Shown here: positions 59,371-64,000 of the stretch, one piece after another | How positions within the stretch are numbered: position 1 is the first letter of the stretch | Layout: each line of letters starts with the position of its first letter | Origin: Marsupella aquatica | Lineage: Eukaryota; Plantae; Marchantiophyta | NCBI GenBank assembly: GCA_973895155.1 | Contig: OZ316893.1 | Span: 2,500,430-2,564,429, forward strand | Direction: 5' to 3' | DNA length: 64,000 nucleotides | Notes under the pieces: model-generated | The model's input: only the letters and a program-made list of their open reading frames with translations | The model's database searches: none | Told to the model about the DNA's origin: nothing | Program-made: the position numbers and the translations under genes

Positions 59371-61349
59371 CTGTGATTTGTGGCCATGAACAATTTTCTA
59401 AAAATAATGCAACATTGGTGGGATACCATGTTTTAGACTTTGTCATGTAGATCATTTAATTAATGAGCAGGGTAATAATAAATCCTTTGTGAGGGAAAAT
59501 CGTAGGTCTTCTAGCAATTTGGAAGTGTTTACATTGACTATGAAAATGGCAAACAATCACACAACTTGACTTACAAATCTTAAAAGGGATGGAATTGCTG
59601 TTTACACCTCCTTTGCACCCCATTTACAGCTGGTTTATAGGGTCTATAAGTCAAGACTTCCTCTATTGTAAATATACTGGCTACTTCTCCTTTCTAACTT
59701 GACTTTGGAATTCAACTTTTGCTTTCACGGTCATCCAAATTGACTGGGGTGTCAGTCTACTAAAACCAACCCTTACACTACCTAGCTTTACACTGGTTAC
59801 CGTCAGTCTACCGGTCCATAAGGAGTGATTATAGTGTAAAACGGCTTCTACTACTTGCCTTTGTATTTTCAAAATCCCCACTCATGGGAAACGTCACGCG
59901 CGCTCGGATCTTGGGGTGCTGCCATACTTTCAAGCTCCCGAGCGTGCTCCCAAGCTGTGGAGACTGGACTTAATGTCCTATCACTCCGACATGTTCACTG
60001 CATCACAACAAATTTGCTCATTGTTCTGTCCTCTAGATGATTCCATGGCTTGATCCGCATTCTTTAGAATGTTGCGAGATTTGTTTCAACTACTGATTCT
60101 TCCTCTACTCCATTCGACTACGCGCTTTCAATTTGACTTCTTTCCCATCTTTCCTGGCAGGCTCTTGCAAAGATAGGCCGCCGCTTCAATTTGTATCAAT
60201 GTTCCCTGCTTCGTCATGCTCTCCGCAACCAGCCGTTCGTTGCAATGTCCAAAATAGCTGCCTTTAATTTTTGCTCTGCCCTTACTTCGCAAATTTCCAA
60301 TTTGATCTTGGGGCAGACAGACTGAGTTTATGTATGAATACATGAATCAGCAGCGCCGGTCTGAGAAGTTTCCGTGACGTTCAAAAAGTTGCGAGCCTCA
60401 ATGGAAGGAGTGCCACTCAGGTAACACATTGTTCACTTATTGTGGCTGTGAGAAATCTTCAAAGCTTTGCAGATGGTTCACGTAAGCTTTTCTACGCACA
60501 AGGGCCCTAGTCTTACTACTTGGTTAGTAGTTAGAAGTCAATTTTCCTCCTCGACAAGCGTAGGACGAGTTTCTCTTGCCCAAGTGCCTGGGTAGTGCAC
60601 TCGGTTTCAACAGGGGCTGCAGATTGATGAGAGATTGATATTGATTTAAGAGTTCACACAAATTGGGGGATCAAATGCTGATGATCTTGAAAGAGGTTTT
60701 GTGAGAGTTCTTGTTAAATACGTCCCCATTCTAAATTTCTGTTATCTAATCTTCTGATCCTTCTATGCCACGCGTATGCAAGTCTTGAGCTTAACATTGT
60801 TGGTCGTGGGCTTAAGGAATAATTGTTTGGATAAGTACTTTAAAAGTTGTAGTATTCCACTTGTGAGACCGTGCAGCCAGTCTTTTGCAATGAGATAAAT
60901 TCAGAAAGGTCTTACGTATTGAGCTTTTTGACTTTGGCAGGATTGTTTTCTAATAACCTTTGCTGAGTACAACAGCAACAGAAATGACACACTCCACGGT
61001 AGGTTTGATTCTATTTTAATCAATTGGCTGGCTGCAGCTGTGAGTATCTTGCTATTGCACCCCAAGGTCACTAGTTTGCAATTGCATCGAGGTATCTCCG
61101 TCTGTTTTCTCCAGGCAGCTGCTGCCTTGGTTTTGACCTCACAGATTTCAGAGGAAACTGGGAACATGAACAAACTACAGTACAATACTTTGGCGTGGAC
61201 TATTGAAGGGGAAGCTGCCTTCCAGGGTTTAAGGTTTCTTTCTGCCTCCCCAGCGTTCCATGACAATGGCAGAGCACGTTGCCAAGAGAAGAATGCCTTT
61301 GGGTACGTTGCTGAGTGCTCATCCATTAAGTGCGCACCTCCATTTGTCT

Positions 61350-61425
61350 GGATTGGGGAGAAAGGGAAGCTCTTAGTGCCTGAAGAGTATCTTACATTCC
61401 TCACAGTCTGCCAATAAAAAAATTA
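61350..61425 (+). pseudogene. Possible short TYW3-domain (tRNA wybutosine methyltransferase) gene fragment
   Basis: IGEKGKLLVPEEYLTFLTV followed, after a frameshift, by ANKK. This resembles the TYW3 C-terminal pattern G..GKLLV..EY..FL...AN.K as recalled; upstream TYW3 motifs are absent. Confidence 0.3.
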
Positions 61426-64000
61426 TTTGTGAGGGCAAAACCAACATGGATGGCAGATGTTCAATTAATCAATCCAAACATACACAAGAAACTAGGAAAC
61501 TTACCGGAGGCCACTAGAAGCTTGGGAACTGACTGTGGGCCACTAGAACGGAAGAAAGTCACATTTTTGTTTGGACGGTAGAGTCTCGAGAAGTGGAAAT
61601 ATTGCAGTATCCTGGGGCGCCAAAGATTTAAAACTACCAAGAAATAACATGGCAGATGCGTAAGAAATCAGAAGCAGCACTAGTCAAAATCAAGGACAAG
61701 TTACGCTTGTCTACGATAGAGTTGGAGAATAAAATAACAAGGAGTCTCCATTTGAGTCACTAGAGGCCCCTAAATAAAGCGAAAAGGTATCCCTAGAGGC
61801 ACCTAGAAGACAAACCAAAAGGTTCTACCTTTGGGCATATATACCTGTTTAGAAGAAAAGTACGTGATTGTCTGGTCCTCACTATGCCGACGGGTTGTTT
61901 GAATTTGTGGTGAATTTGTGATGGATATTTACTTCTGATCATTTACATCTCTGCCAACATCAACAGTCTTCAGTTTGACAACTCACTCGTTTGACCCAGA
62001 TGAAACATTTTGAGAGAGTAAAGACGTAGATTAGCTCGCAATCATTACCTTGCTATTGAAGTGTAGGATCCTGAATATATAGAACAGGGTATCTGATTGT
62101 GCTTTCTCAAAGTGTCATTAAATGTGTAAAGTGTTTCTGCCAACATCAACAGTATTCAGTTGCCTGGGCTTTTATACTGATCGGATATATATCATCAAGA
62201 TTCCTCCATGTCGGAGAGAAACGCCTGTTTATACGACTCACGTATAATATTCAACTCTTAACGCCCAAAAGAGGTTGGACTCATCTCTTTTTCAGCCTGG
62301 GACACTTTCTCGTCTCCCCATACTTCTTCCCCGACTTCTTCAAGTCCTGCTCAGTTCGTGAATGATCTTTCTTGCCGCCTGCACTTATCTGCATTTGCCT
62401 TGCTTTCAGACAAGTTACACTTTTATTAAAGGTCATCTCTCTTTATTGTATTGCTTTTCCATTTAAGACAGCATTGTCCCCACTACTGCTTGTCTCCCGG
62501 CTGAGCTTCTTTATTGCCTGTTATAATTTATATATATTTTTTGCTCACCTGCATGAACTTGTTGTTCTGGATTTATCGTCGAGCCTTCTGCCTAATAGGC
62601 TAGCTAGCTACACGGTCTGCCATATTTCTTGTCCACAAGTTCAGCTTTGAATAAATGGCGTCAGAGCATCTCTACTGTAGTGATCTTCTCTTTTTCATAG
62701 GGAATCAAAAAATTCTCTATCTTCATTGGCTTTTTGAATGGCTGGCGATGAAACTTCATTATTGACAAGTTCTCTTTCTCTCTACTTTCCCGTTTTCTTT
62801 ATATAGCGGGCTCATTGTTTGACGTAAAGTTGTTGGCATTTTCAGCTTGAGTTAATACTGAACCTTGCTCCTATGGATGTCATGTCCTACAACAGGTTAT
62901 ATTGATGGTGACATTGGTCAAGAGCTGGACTCACGCCTTTTAAGATAAATAGGATTGAAGAACGTCAAGGCAATGAGGTAGTGCTTAAACTCTTTTAGCT
63001 AAGTGCTCTCACATATAGATTGCTTTATCTAAGCCTGGAAGAATACTGTAGATCTGAGCTGTGAGAAGACTCTACTATAGAGATTTGATTCAAACACGTT
63101 TGTGATTATTCAGTTCAAGAACAGTTGTGGAAGTTAATAATTACTGACTAAAACCTTTCCCAGTTATATCTCAAGTTATATGAATGTGAAGTTTTGACAA
63201 TTGCTAGGTCCCTTGTTTGCTTGACTATTTGTGTCCGCTAAGCTGACTTCAGGTTATGTTTAATATGGAGTCAAATAAGTTGCGGATATGGTACCTGGCA
63301 AGCCTTGTTACATTCTGACTGGAATCATTCTATATTTTTTTAGCAAAGCCAACGGAGGATCCCTTTGAGATCAAGAAGGTGCATAAGATGCTGGGAACTT
63401 TACCTGTTGGAAAGGTTGATACCCTCAGTGGAGGAAAAGTTGAATTGCATCCTCGATAAACATAAGGTGACTGCCCTCAGTATTGTTTTCAAAGAAATAG
63501 ATTGATAGACTTGAAGTTCAGTCACTGTTATAAAAATACCAGACAATGTACTTTAATTATTTAGTATGGTATAATTAAGGAACTCTAGGATTTGGTTGAT
63601 GAAATGGATCAGTTCTTAAAGATTGAAGGTTAGAGGACATTGAAAGTTTAGGGCCAGCTATAAGTGTCAGACTTAGGAGTCTTCTTGGTCGAGGTCAAGC
63701 TCTTCTCAACAATTAATCTGCTTGTATTTGGTGAATCTCTATATATATATATCGATATAAGGGACAACTACTGCCTCTGACTTCTCCTCCTGTCTAATTT
63801 ACACAGCCATAGTGATGTACTCTATATCATGCATTTGGAATTTGAGAAAAGTTCTGAGCTCTTCTTGTTTTCCTTTTGCAGAATGATGACATTGTATTAT
63901 ATGCAAGCTCAATTTGAGTCTGATGAGAGTTTGGGATGACTGGAAGTCTGCAATGTACGTACAATTTACCAAGAACTGGATCCTTTTGGGCAGGTAGTGT

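Overview
This is eukaryotic, plant-like genomic DNA with GT-AG introns and abundant transposon debris. A SAXO-type axonemal gene points to a plant with flagellated sperm; a bryophyte such as a liverwort is my inference. Four host genes are supported: an intronless PAS + receiver-domain protein with no histidine-kinase core (5667-7280, plus a decayed 5' duplicate), a six-exon atypical SDR/NAD(P)-binding Rossmann protein (9407-12724, minus), a SAXO/FAM154-like protein (20840-21754, minus), and a two-exon At1g01500-like protein (35891-37513, with a decayed genomic duplicate at ~50750-51900). Mobile DNA includes a very young gag-only Ty1/copia element with identical 151-bp LTRs nested in a TA-flanked MITE, a disrupted ~1200-codon retroelement accessory ORF interrupted by telomere repeats, an intact CRE-like non-LTR retrotransposon with a restriction-like endonuclease (~42470-47160), several MITEs, and a ~570-bp-unit satellite within an AATGAC-rich block. 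The most novel-looking items are the kinase-less PAS-REC protein, a ~330-nt pre-miRNA-like foldback at 50402-50729, and the intact CRE-like retrotransposon. All alignments and family assignments were made by eye, with no database searches.
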